NCBI GenBank assembly: GCA_018263585.1
Contig: JAANWZ010000044.1
Span: 702 to 56,955, forward strand
Reading direction: 5' to 3'
Source of the DNA: Calditrichota bacterium
Lineage (GTDB): Bacteria; Electryoneota; Electryoneia; Electryoneales; Electryoneaceae
DNA: 56,254 nt
The notes beneath the pieces were generated by a model. It ran no database searches and was not told the DNA's origin. It saw only the letters and a program-made list of their open reading frames with translations. Shown piece by piece: positions 47,002 through 55,066 of the stretch. Position numbers and translations under genes: made by a program. The first letter of the stretch is position 1. Each line of letters opens with the position of its first letter.

Positions 47002-47981
47002 CGCGGCGGGTGACAGCGCGCGCGTGCGCGAACATCGCCCTCGTCAAGTACTGGGGCAAACGCGATGAGCGCCGCAACACGCCGGCGACGCCCTCGATCT
47101 CGCTCGCCCTCTCCGGCCTCACGACAACGACCACGGTCGAACGGTTCGGTGACGATCCGAGCGAGATGCCCGATCACGTTGAACTGAACGGCGATGCGGC
47201 CCGGGGTGATTCCGGCGCGCGTGTCGCCGGATATATCTCGCTGTGGCGCGACCTCGGCCTGATCGACGGCGCGTACGCCGTCTATTCGCAGAACGATTTT
47301 CCGACCGGGACCGGGCTCGCCTCGAGCTCGTCCGGATTCGCCGCGCTCGCCGCCGCGCTCGCCGAGTTCAGCGAGCAGAAGTTGAACGCGGTCAATCTGT
47401 CGCGGCTCGCGCGCCGGGGCAGCGGGTCGGCGGCGCGTTCGATCGCCGGCGGAATCGCCGCGCTCCCTTCCACCTCCGACCCCGCCGCGCGACGGCTCGT
47501 CGAACCGAACGACGTGCCGTGGGGGATGGTCGTCGCGATCGTGGAAACCGCCCCGAAAACCGTCGGCTCAACCGAGGGGATGAACCTGAGCCGCTCGACG
47601 AGTCCGTATTACGGGAGCTGGGTGACGATCGCGAAACACGACTACCGCGCGATGCTGTCCGCGATCCGCGACCGCGACCTCGTTCGTACCGGTGAGCTCG
47701 CCGAGTCGAACTGTTACGCGATGCAGGCGTGCATGCTCACCACCCACCCGCCGCTGTTGTACTGGAACGAAGTGACGACCCGCCTGATGCGCCGGGTGCT
47801 CGCGTGGCGACGGGAAGGGGTGCGTGTGTACGCGACCGCCGACGCCGGCCCGCATGTCTGTTTCCTCGCGGACCGCGCCGATCTGGACGCGCTCGCCGGG
47901 AAAGCCGCCTCGGTCGAGGGCGTCACCGATGTCAACGTCAGCCTGCCCGGAGCGCCCGCCGAAGTCGTGTCGAAGGAATGA
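46998..47981 (+). CDS. mvaD: Diphosphomevalonate decarboxylase
   Basis: ANIALVKYWGK, NDFPTGTGLASSSSG, ARRGSGSAARS, STEGM, TADAGPHV. ATGA overlap. Confidence 0.95.
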   Translation: MTRRVTARACANIALVKYWGKRDERRNTPATPSISLALSGLTTTTTVERFGDDPSEMPDHVELNGDAARGDSGARVAGYISLWRDLGLIDGAYAVYSQNDFPTGTGLASSSSGFAALAAALAEFSEQKLNAVNLSRLARRGSGSAARSIAGGIAALPSTSDPAARRLVEPNDVPWGMVVAIVETAPKTVGSTEGMNLSRSTSPYYGSWVTIAKHDYRAMLSAIRDRDLVRTGELAESNCYAMQACMLTTHPPLLYWNEVTTRLMRRVLAWRREGVRVYATADAGPHVCFLADRADLDALAGKAASVEGVTDVNVSLPGAPAEVVSKE

Positions 47982-48904
47982 ACTCCGTGCGCATCCCGGG
48001 CAAAGTGATGCTCTCCGGCGAGTACATCGTGCTGTTCGGCGGAAGCGCCGTGCTCGTGCCCGCCCCCCGCACCCTCACCGTGTCCGAAGCCGCCACGCCG
48101 ACTCCCGACACGGTCAACCCTGTGGTTCGTGAGGCGCTCGCGGAACCGATCGCGGAGATCGTGGAAGCGGAGAAGGAACTGCCTGACCTGCACGTGGCCG
48201 TCGATCGCGGCGAATTCTACGCGACCACGCCGGCGGGTTCAGCGGCGAAGCTCGGACTCGGCGGGTCCGCGGCGGAAGCGGTCGGCGTCGTCTCCCTGCG
48301 GCTGATACGGGCCGGAATCGATCCGATCGAGAACCCCCGGCTCGTGTTCGACGTCGCCGACCGCGCCCACCGCCGCGCGCAGGGAGGGGTGGGCAGCGGC
48401 GCCGATGTCGCCGCGTGCGCGTACCGGCGGCCGATCCGGTTCAGGCGATCCAACGACGAGGTTGAGATCGAGCCGATCGCAAGGCCCGCACACTCTGACA
48501 TTCCGCAGCTCGCGCTCGCGTGGACCGGGGTCCCGGCCGACACGCGCCGGTTGGTAAAGCCGTTCCTCGAATGGGCCGCCACGGGCAAGCACGCCGCGAT
48601 CCGGTTGGGCAACCTCGACCTCACGGCCGGCCTGCTGGCCACGGCCTGGTTTGCGGCCGGCAGGCGCCTGCTCAACACCTTGCTCGACGAGTTCGACAAG
48701 GCGCTCGCCGAGTTGATGCAATCGGCCGAGCTTGACTGGCGGCTGCCGGTTCATGATGAGCTCGCGGCCTGGGCGCGCGCTCACGGCGGCCGGGCAAAAC
48801 CGGCCGGCGCCGGCGGCGGCGACCTCGCGCTGCTCGTCGGCCCACTCCCGCTCGCCGAACGGCCTGAGCTGATCATACCGCTCACTCCATTTGACATTGA
48901 CTGA
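47978..48904 (+). CDS. Phosphomevalonate kinase (GHMP family)
   Basis: PGKVMLSGEY, KLGLGGSAA, H..AQG..GSGADVA, KPAGAGGGD. ATGA overlap with mvaD. Confidence 0.88.
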   Translation: MNSVRIPGKVMLSGEYIVLFGGSAVLVPAPRTLTVSEAATPTPDTVNPVVREALAEPIAEIVEAEKELPDLHVAVDRGEFYATTPAGSAAKLGLGGSAAEAVGVVSLRLIRAGIDPIENPRLVFDVADRAHRRAQGGVGSGADVAACAYRRPIRFRRSNDEVEIEPIARPAHSDIPQLALAWTGVPADTRRLVKPFLEWAATGKHAAIRLGNLDLTAGLLATAWFAAGRRLLNTLLDEFDKALAELMQSAELDWRLPVHDELAAWARAHGGRAKPAGAGGGDLALLVGPLPLAERPELIIPLTPFDID

Positions 48905-48973
48905 TTCAGAGGTCAGCTTGCCGCATCTGCGCGGGAGGGAAACTGACTTGCTCACGGGAACGGTTGGACTCGC

Positions 48974-49108
48974 ACATGCCCGCGGGAACGGCCTCCTTTG
49001 TACATGCCCGCGGGGACGGCCGGAACGGCGTCACCGCGGTTCAACCAATCCTCGCGCAACCGCGGGGCTGTTCAGCCGCGGTGATCCTTGCGGATCCCCG
49101 CGGGCATT
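48974..49108. repeat. Family-D REP cluster (inverted pair plus partial copy)
   Basis: catgcccgcggg..., catgcccgcggggacgg..tcaccgcgg, and cagccgcggtga..ccccgcgggcat. Confidence 0.75.
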
Positions 49109-49201
49109 TTCACCTGAGGCCCACGGTGTAAGGGACCTGGCTGGCGAATCGCAGCGGGAATCAGATACGCGACAACGTGAACGACGTGGAGGAGACTGTT
49201 G

Positions 49202-49780
49202 ATGAATGCGAGACTGACAGTTGTATTGTTCGTCGCGGCCGCGCTGCTGGTCGGCTGCGGCGGCGGTGAACAGGCCGAGGAAATGGCGCAGGAGACCGGC
49301 GAAAGTGTGGAGCAGGCCGCCGGCGAACAGCAGGCCGCCGGCGAACAGCAGGCCGCCGGCGAACAGCAGGCCGCCGGCGAACAGCAGGCCGGGGAGATGT
49401 CGGACGAGATGGCGATGCCGGATCTCGAGGAGATGATGTTCGCGCAGGGCCCGCAGGGGATGAAATACGCGGTGCTGCAGGAGGGCGACGGCCCGGAGAT
49501 CGACAACGGTGACCTGGCGAAAGTCCACTACACGGGCTGGTTCGAGAGCAGCGGCAACCTGTTCGAAAGTTCGCGCAAGCGGGACAAGCCGTTCGAGTTC
49601 ACAGTCGGCTCCGGCCAGGTGATCAAGGGCTGGGATCTCGGAGTCGCGGAGATGCGCGTCGGCGAGCGCCGCCTGATCGTGCTCCCGCCGGAACTCGCGT
49701 ACGGCGAGCGCGGCTATCCCGGCGGCATCCCGCCGAACAGCACGCTCGTGTTCGATGTGGAAGTGCTCGGCAAGGAGTAG
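49202..49780 (+). CDS. FKBP-type peptidyl-prolyl isomerase, lipoprotein
   Basis: Lipobox LLVGC, then VHYTGW, FESS, GQVIKGWD, LAYGERG, IPPNSTLVFDVEVL. Confidence 0.95.
   Translation: MNARLTVVLFVAAALLVGCGGGEQAEEMAQETGESVEQAAGEQQAAGEQQAAGEQQAAGEQQAGEMSDEMAMPDLEEMMFAQGPQGMKYAVLQEGDGPEIDNGDLAKVHYTGWFESSGNLFESSRKRDKPFEFTVGSGQVIKGWDLGVAEMRVGERRLIVLPPELAYGERGYPGGIPPNSTLVFDVEVLGKE
49311..49391 (+). repeat. Perfect 18-bp tandem repeat x4.5 encoding (QQAAGE)n linker
   Basis: agcaggccgccggcgaac repeated at 49311, 49329, 49347 and 49365, plus a half copy. Confidence 0.95.
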
Positions 49781-49826
49781 GCGGGCGGCAGAGAGACGCC
49801 GCGCACGTTCAGGGTGACATTCACTG

Positions 49827-49952
49827 CAGGCCCGCGGTTGCACGCAACCGCGGCTCATCCACCAGTGGGTGCACGGCCGGGAAGGGGACGCTTGCTGGCA
49901 AGCGTCCCCGGAATGCCGCGGGTCACCCCGGGGTCGGCGACCCCGGGCTACT
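49827..49952. repeat. Mosaic REP cluster (F, empty target palindrome, C-like)
   Basis: gcccgcggttgc-ac-gcaaccgcggct, and GGGGACGCTTGC-TG-GCAAGCGTCCCC at 49884-49909. Confidence 0.85.
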
Positions 49953-49983
49953 TGTTCAGCGTCGTGATCCGGGCCCGGCGCCG

Positions 49984-50536
49984 TCAGCGAGATCTACGGG
50001 TGGAGCCGGCGGCGGCGCGGCGATGTCCTTCGATGACCAGGGCTGCTGCGTCATCGCGTCCGAGCCGGCGGAACCGTGCCTCGAGGCGCCCGGCCGTGCG
50101 CGATTCCTCCGCTCAGGTGCGCGCTCGCGAACGTGTGATAGAGCTCGCTGACGGGCGCGGGTGCGAGCTCCTCGAGCGCCCGCAGCGCGCGCATGTCACG
50201 ATCCACCTGCCCCTCCGCGATAGATCCACGCCGATCCGCATACCGGTCGAACAACGGCAGCAGCACATCCCACGCGCGGTGCGGGGCGAGACGGTATTCG
50301 GTGTCGCTCCGTCCCGGCCTGATCTTCGACGACTTGTGCAGCCGCTCCCAGTTCAACGCGCGTTTCAGCGGATCGTGCGGATGTTCGCTGAGCCGGGTCC
50401 ACCAGCTGCGCGTGTGTGCGGGCAAATCGAGTGCGAGGAAAACGCCGATCCGCGCGATCGTCTCATCGCAGCGCGCCGGGTCGAGCAAATCCTCCATCCG
50501 CAGCACGAGCGTGTTCGGCGACGTGCGCGCGAGCAT
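49984..50536 (-). pseudogene. 5'-truncated gene remnant, possibly sulfotransferase-like
   Basis: Coding-like GC3 bias. LVLRMEDLL..P...IARI..FL resembles the lrYEDL motif. Upstream is occupied by REPs, and there is a possible frameshift near 50110. Confidence 0.4.
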
Positions 50537-50558
50537 CAGCGAGGTCCGGCGGGCAAGA

Positions 50559-50632
50559 GCCCGGCCTGCGAGCAGGCACGGGGCATAGTTGACTGAGAGG
50601 ATGTGAGACCCGAGGCTGAAGCCCCGGGCCAC
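50559..50632. repeat. REP cluster (G, C)
   Basis: gcccggcctgcgagcaggcacggggcata; gagacccgaggctgaagccccgggccac. Confidence 0.85.
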
Positions 50633-50655
50633 ACGACGCAACACAGAGCCCGCTG

Positions 50656-51135
50656 CTACCCCCACACGGGTGGGTCGCGGCGGGCGGAGTCGGGCAGGGT
50701 GCGGGCGAGCGTGATCGTGAGCGCGCCGTCGCGCGTGAACTCGCCGGAGACGTCATCGAGGCGCTGATTCGCGATCGCAAGCCCGGGCAGGTCGAGCGCG
50801 CGCGCGGTCGCCCCGTGCGGGCGGAACGAGCCGGTCGCAACCCCCTCCGGGACCTCGCTCAGGCTGCAGCGGACGCGGAACTCGATGCTGTCGCCGTACA
50901 CGGTCATATCGAGGCGGAAGCTGCGGTCCGGGTCGGTGTCGAGCAGGTCGCGGATCACATCGGCGCACACGGAGAGCACCGCGACCTGGATCCGTTCGGT
51001 CTCAAACGGCCCGAGCCGGAGCCGGCGGCAGGTGGAGTCGATCTTCTCCTCGATGATGCCGAGGAACGCCGGGTCGGCGGCGTACTCGACCGCCCAGCGC
51101 AGGGAGAACAGGTTGCGGCGTTGTCTCGCGGTCAT
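50656..51135 (-). CDS. RsbW/SpoIIAB-like (HATPase_c) protein with degenerate ATP-binding boxes
   Basis: Size and pattern ERIQVAVLSVCADVIRD..IEFRV..PGLAI...LDDV....GALTITL match the anti-sigma factor layout. Confidence 0.6.
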   Translation of the reverse strand: MTARQRRNLFSLRWAVEYAADPAFLGIIEEKIDSTCRRLRLGPFETERIQVAVLSVCADVIRDLLDTDPDRSFRLDMTVYGDSIEFRVRCSLSEVPEGVATGSFRPHGATARALDLPGLAIANQRLDDVSGEFTRDGALTITLARTLPDSARRDPPVWG

Positions 51136-51142
51136 CGTTGAG

Positions 51143-51802
51143 TCAGGAGAACCCGTTGAATCCGAACGACTTGAGGAAGTCGGGCTGCAGGTACGGGTTG
51201 ATCCGTTTTTCGACGCCGATCGTGGTCGCGGGGCCGTGGCCGGGGTACACGCGCGTGTCGTCGGGCAGCGGGAGCAGTTTCTCGCGGATGCCGTCGATCA
51301 ACGCGCGGCCGTCCCCGCCCGGGAAGTCCCAGCGCCCGATGCTGCCGGCGAACAGGGTGTCGCCGGCGAACACGTGGCCGCCGTCGTGGAGGAAGACGAC
51401 GTGGCCGGGCGTGTGGCCGGGGATGTGGATCACGCGCAGTTTCAGCGCCCCGAACGCGACCGTGTCGCCGTCCTCGATGAGCCGGTCGGGTGCGCCGACG
51501 GAGAGCGGGACGGCGAAGTGCAGCCCGAGATTGAGCTCGGGGTCGGTGAGCATCGGCGCGTCCGCCGGGTGACAGATGACGGGCGCGTCCGGGTAGCGCT
51601 CGCGCATCTCCGCGACGGCGCCGATGTGGTCGCCGTGACCGTGCGTGAGCAGAATCGCGGCCGGTTCGCAGCGCCATTGTTCGAGCCCGGCGACGAACCG
51701 CTCCGGCTCGGCGCCGGGGTCGATCACGACCGCGTGGTCCCCGTCGCGCACGAGGTAGCCGTTCGTCTCGAGATCGCCGACACTGAGCGTGACGATATCC
51801 AT
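51143..51802 (-). CDS. MBL-fold metallo-hydrolase (glyoxalase II / YcbL-like)
   Basis: TNGYL, IDPG, THGHGDHIG, PGHTPGH, GDTLF.GSIGR.DFPGG, YPGHGP.TTIG.E...NPYL. Confidence 0.93.
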   Translation of the reverse strand: MDIVTLSVGDLETNGYLVRDGDHAVVIDPGAEPERFVAGLEQWRCEPAAILLTHGHGDHIGAVAEMRERYPDAPVICHPADAPMLTDPELNLGLHFAVPLSVGAPDRLIEDGDTVAFGALKLRVIHIPGHTPGHVVFLHDGGHVFAGDTLFAGSIGRWDFPGGDGRALIDGIREKLLPLPDDTRVYPGHGPATTIGVEKRINPYLQPDFLKSFGFNGFS

Positions 51803-51925
51803 GCAGCCCTCATCCCTCGCGGGTGTTACGAAAAACACCGGCCGCGCGTTCCGCAACCGATGTTCCGCTCCTGATTCGCGCGCCGGTCGGATCAACCGCG
51901 CGGGCGGCAAAGAACAGCTTCTGCC

Positions 51926-52012
51926 GAGCCGCGGTGACGGCCTTCGGCGCGTCCCCGCGGGCATGGCAAGCAATGTGCCCCTGTGACAGCGCGCAGCGAT
52001 GTCGCAGGGCTC
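51926..52012. repeat. REP cluster (D, E)
   Basis: agccgcggtgacgg..tccccgcgggcatg; gtgcccctgtgacag..gatgtcgcaggg. Confidence 0.8.
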
Positions 52013-52017
52013 GCTGC

Positions 52018-52337
52018 GGGGACGCTTGCGAGCATCCGGTCATCCCCTTGGCTCAGCCGGGACAAGTATCGCGGGTGGCAAAGGAGTCATTCTGACCGAA
52101 GCCCGACGTCCGTTTGTCGGGCGAAGGGAAGAAGGTCCGAGTTCAACAAGGGTAGAGGGTATAATGAAACTCGAAAAACAGCCATTTGGTAAGCTGGACC
52201 TTCTTCACCCGCCTTCACGCAGACAGACGCGTGAAGCCGGGTTCAGAATGACTCCTCTGCCTCCCGAATGCGCTTCAGAATCCGGTCCATGCACGTGGCT
52301 GAGCGAACGGCATAACCGAATGCGAGCAAGCGTCCCC
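52018..52337 (+). mobile_element. 292-bp element, copy 4, inside palindromic target (core GA duplicated)
   Basis: GGGGACGCTTGC-GA-[52032-52323]-GA-GCAAGCGTCCCC. Confidence 0.92.
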
Positions 52338-52430
52338 CTTCGCGGCAACCGTTCGGGCTATGTGCGCACCGCAGCCGGGCCGCACGGGCGGTACTGATTC
52401 GGCGACCGACGACAATCCATCGGCCGGATT

Positions 52431-54053
52431 TCAGGCCACGCGCATGAACTGCTCGATGAACTCGTCGGGGCGGGACGGCGTGCCGGTCGCGTTCATCATC
52501 AGCTCGTTGGATTCCCAGAGCGCGCCGTGCTTGAACACGTGCTCTTCCAGCCACTGCCCGATGCGTTCATCGTCCATCCAGAGCACGGGCTGTTCGAGCG
52601 CGAGCTGACGGATCATCGCGAGCGCGAGCTGGCTCGCGTGCCAGTCGGCGATGATCGAGTTCTGCACGGTGACCGGGCGGAGCATGATGTCGGGCTGGAC
52701 GGCCCAGTCGGCGAGCTCCTTGCGCCCCGCGGGCCGTCGCAGGAGCTGGAACCGTTCGACGAGATCCCACCACCGGTTCTGCTGATTCTGCTCCGGGTCA
52801 CGGTAGAGGCCGCGCTCGAAGTGGACCTGGACGAGCTTCCAGCGGCCGGTGATCACCATCTGCATCCGCAGTTCGCTGAGGATGAGGCGGTCGAGGCCGC
52901 GGATCTGGCTGCCCCTGAGCGCGAACATGTTGATCAACCACTCGAAGTCGGTGGCGCGCCGCGCGAAGAACCGGCCGACAGCTTCGAGCAGGGACGGGTG
53001 CGCGGGGCGGCGCAGGGTGTGCGGGAGGTCGCGGTCGATCCGGCTCGTGTACGCCGCCTTCCCGAACGCGGCGAGGATCTCTTCGGCGGACTCCTTGTTC
53101 GGCGCGGGCGAGAGCACGATCCGCATGTCGCCGCTGCGGTCGATGTCGGCGAACTCCTGCTTCGGGTACAAACTCGCCTGTGAGATCGCATCGTCCGGGA
53201 GCGCGCCCGCGAGCGGGAGTCCGATCCGCTCGAAGTAGCCCGGCGCCCAGTCCATCGGGTCACGCTCGGCGTAGAGCGCATCGACATTCGTCTCGAACAC
53301 GGCGGGCACTTTCGCGAAGTACGGGTCGGAGCAGTACCACGGCTCGAGGTCGATCGCGTCCACGTCGAACTTGTCGGAGAGGAGGCGGTCGAGCTGGGCC
53401 TTCATCCGGCGGAACGGATCTTCGGTCTCGGTGGCGAAGCTGCTGAGCGCGCTGAACAGGCGGGTCTCGTTGATCTCCCTCAGCTCCATGTGCATCCGGT
53501 AGTAGTCGGGAAACCCGATTGCGCGGGATGCGACGTTGCGCGCCTTCGCGAGATCGACGATGTCCTGGGCGATCTCCGGACCGATCGTCTTGCTCGCCTC
53601 CCACGCGCGGCGGCGGGCATCGATGTCATCGCTCTTGGACATGATCCGGTGCACTTCCGCGACCGTGGACCGCTGCCCGTCGATCTCGGGACGGAACCGG
53701 CGCACCTTCGCCTCGAGCTGCTTCTCCTTGATCACGAGCGCCTCGCGGATGTCGGACGGGAACAGGTGCGGCGCGATCTCCTGGCGGAGCAGGGACGCCC
53801 AGCGGCGGAGCTCGATGTCCTGCACGGCGGCGTCCGCGAGCCGCTCGCTCAACTGTTCAAACAGTTCCTTGTCGGCCAGCTCGTTTCGGTAGGCGATCTC
53901 CGCATCCCTGCTCCTGTCGATGGAATCGTCGTCCGGGCTGACCATCGCCCGCCAGTTGCTGAGTTCGCGGCTGGTTCGCGCGGGGGCAAACCGCTCGTCC
54001 GCCGCTTCGAGAGTGTCACGAAGTGCGCGTTCCACATCGGAATAGCCGGCCAC
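52431..54053 (-). CDS. M3/M2-like metallopeptidase homologue lacking HExxH (putative pseudopeptidase)
   Basis: RRRAWEASK, ARN..SR.IGF.DYY, LEPW..SDP.F, DIDR.GD.RI, LP..LR..AH...EA, FER.LY.DP, WW.LV...Q. The HELGH position reads AAFGK. GAGGAG RBS before GTG 54053. Confidence 0.8.
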   Translation of the reverse strand: MAGYSDVERALRDTLEAADERFAPARTSRELSNWRAMVSPDDDSIDRSRDAEIAYRNELADKELFEQLSERLADAAVQDIELRRWASLLRQEIAPHLFPSDIREALVIKEKQLEAKVRRFRPEIDGQRSTVAEVHRIMSKSDDIDARRRAWEASKTIGPEIAQDIVDLAKARNVASRAIGFPDYYRMHMELREINETRLFSALSSFATETEDPFRRMKAQLDRLLSDKFDVDAIDLEPWYCSDPYFAKVPAVFETNVDALYAERDPMDWAPGYFERIGLPLAGALPDDAISQASLYPKQEFADIDRSGDMRIVLSPAPNKESAEEILAAFGKAAYTSRIDRDLPHTLRRPAHPSLLEAVGRFFARRATDFEWLINMFALRGSQIRGLDRLILSELRMQMVITGRWKLVQVHFERGLYRDPEQNQQNRWWDLVERFQLLRRPAGRKELADWAVQPDIMLRPVTVQNSIIADWHASQLALAMIRQLALEQPVLWMDDERIGQWLEEHVFKHGALWESNELMMNATGTPSRPDEFIEQFMRVA

Positions 54054-54247
54054 CGGTTGTCTCCTCGCTGGGCAGGGTTCGGAGAGCGGTCCGCCGGGCG
54101 GCGGGACCGCGGTCGTGTGCATCGCTGATTGTACAGCCCGGGAAGGTACGAATCCCCGGTGAACAGCGCAAACAGCGGCAGGTGCAAGCGTCGCGGGACG
54201 GTGACGGTCGATTCGCGCGCCGGCCGTCGATTGCTTACCTTCGCCGC

Positions 54248-54982
54248 ATGGCGCAACTGGAAGTGTACCGGATCGATCCGGCGGCGGTCGATGTCGCGCG
54301 CGGCGAGGCGACGCTGAGCGGGGACGAGGCGCACCACCTGCTGCGCGTGCGGCGGGGCCAACCGGGCGAGCGGGTGATGTTGATCGATGGGTACGGGACC
54401 GCATGGAGCGCGCAGTTGGTTGCCGCCGAGCGCGCGAGCGCCCGGTTGCGCCTGGTTTCCCGGCACGAGCGCTGGCGCGAACCGCCAGTGCGTGTGCACC
54501 TTGGCATCGGCCTGTTGAAGGCTGATCGTGTGCTCGACGCGATCGACCAGTGCGTGCAGGCCGGGGTCGCGGAGATAACGCCGTTCGCGAGTGAGTGTGC
54601 GGTCGCCGGCTGGCGTGAGAACCGTGCTCGCCGCGCCGAACGCCGCGCGCTGGAAGCGGCGAAACAGTGCGCGCGCGGGAGTGTACCACCCGTACACGCG
54701 CCACAACCGATCGCGGACTGGTGCATCCAACGGGAAGCAGGCGCACGCAAACTCGTGGCCGACACGGACGGGGACGCGTTCCCGGACATCGCCCCGGGTG
54801 AACGGGTCGCGGTCGCGGTCGGGCCGGAAGGCGGGTTCAGCGAGCGTGAGATCGAGTTCATGTTCGCGCACGGGTTTCGCCGCGTCAGCCTCGGCCCGCG
54901 GCGGTGCCGCAGCGAGACGGCGGCCGTGCTCGCCGTCGCCGCAATCACCGGCCGCGTCGAACAACCGCCGGCCGTGTCGTGA
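54248..54982 (+). CDS. rsmE: 16S rRNA (uracil-1498-N3)-methyltransferase
   Basis: HHLLRVRR, EAAKQCAR..VP, VGPEGGFS..E, SLGPRRCRSETAA. Confidence 0.93.
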   Translation: MAQLEVYRIDPAAVDVARGEATLSGDEAHHLLRVRRGQPGERVMLIDGYGTAWSAQLVAAERASARLRLVSRHERWREPPVRVHLGIGLLKADRVLDAIDQCVQAGVAEITPFASECAVAGWRENRARRAERRALEAAKQCARGSVPPVHAPQPIADWCIQREAGARKLVADTDGDAFPDIAPGERVAVAVGPEGGFSEREIEFMFAHGFRRVSLGPRRCRSETAAVLAVAAITGRVEQPPAVS

Positions 54983-55066
54983 GAACGCGGGCGGACGAAC
55001 ATCAGACCGGAACAGACGACAGATCAGAGGTGAGCAACGATACGACGGAGAACTGAAAGGTCGATC

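Noticed and set aside
52160-52170. TATAAT/TACAAT inside the 292-bp element as a conserved promoter
   Set aside because: Copy 2 reads TACCGT and no convincing -35 lies at 16-18 nt. Unsupported without TSS data.
51999-52397. ORFs inside the 292-bp element (also 10820-11080, 20579-20860, 20864-21364, 30092-30280) as a peptide gene family
   Set aside because: Frames and stops are not conserved between copies, so the similarity is explained by the DNA repeat.
54054-54746. N-terminal extension of the peptidase-like ORF
   Set aside because: It overlaps rsmE on the opposite strand, and the GAGGAG RBS supports GTG 54053.
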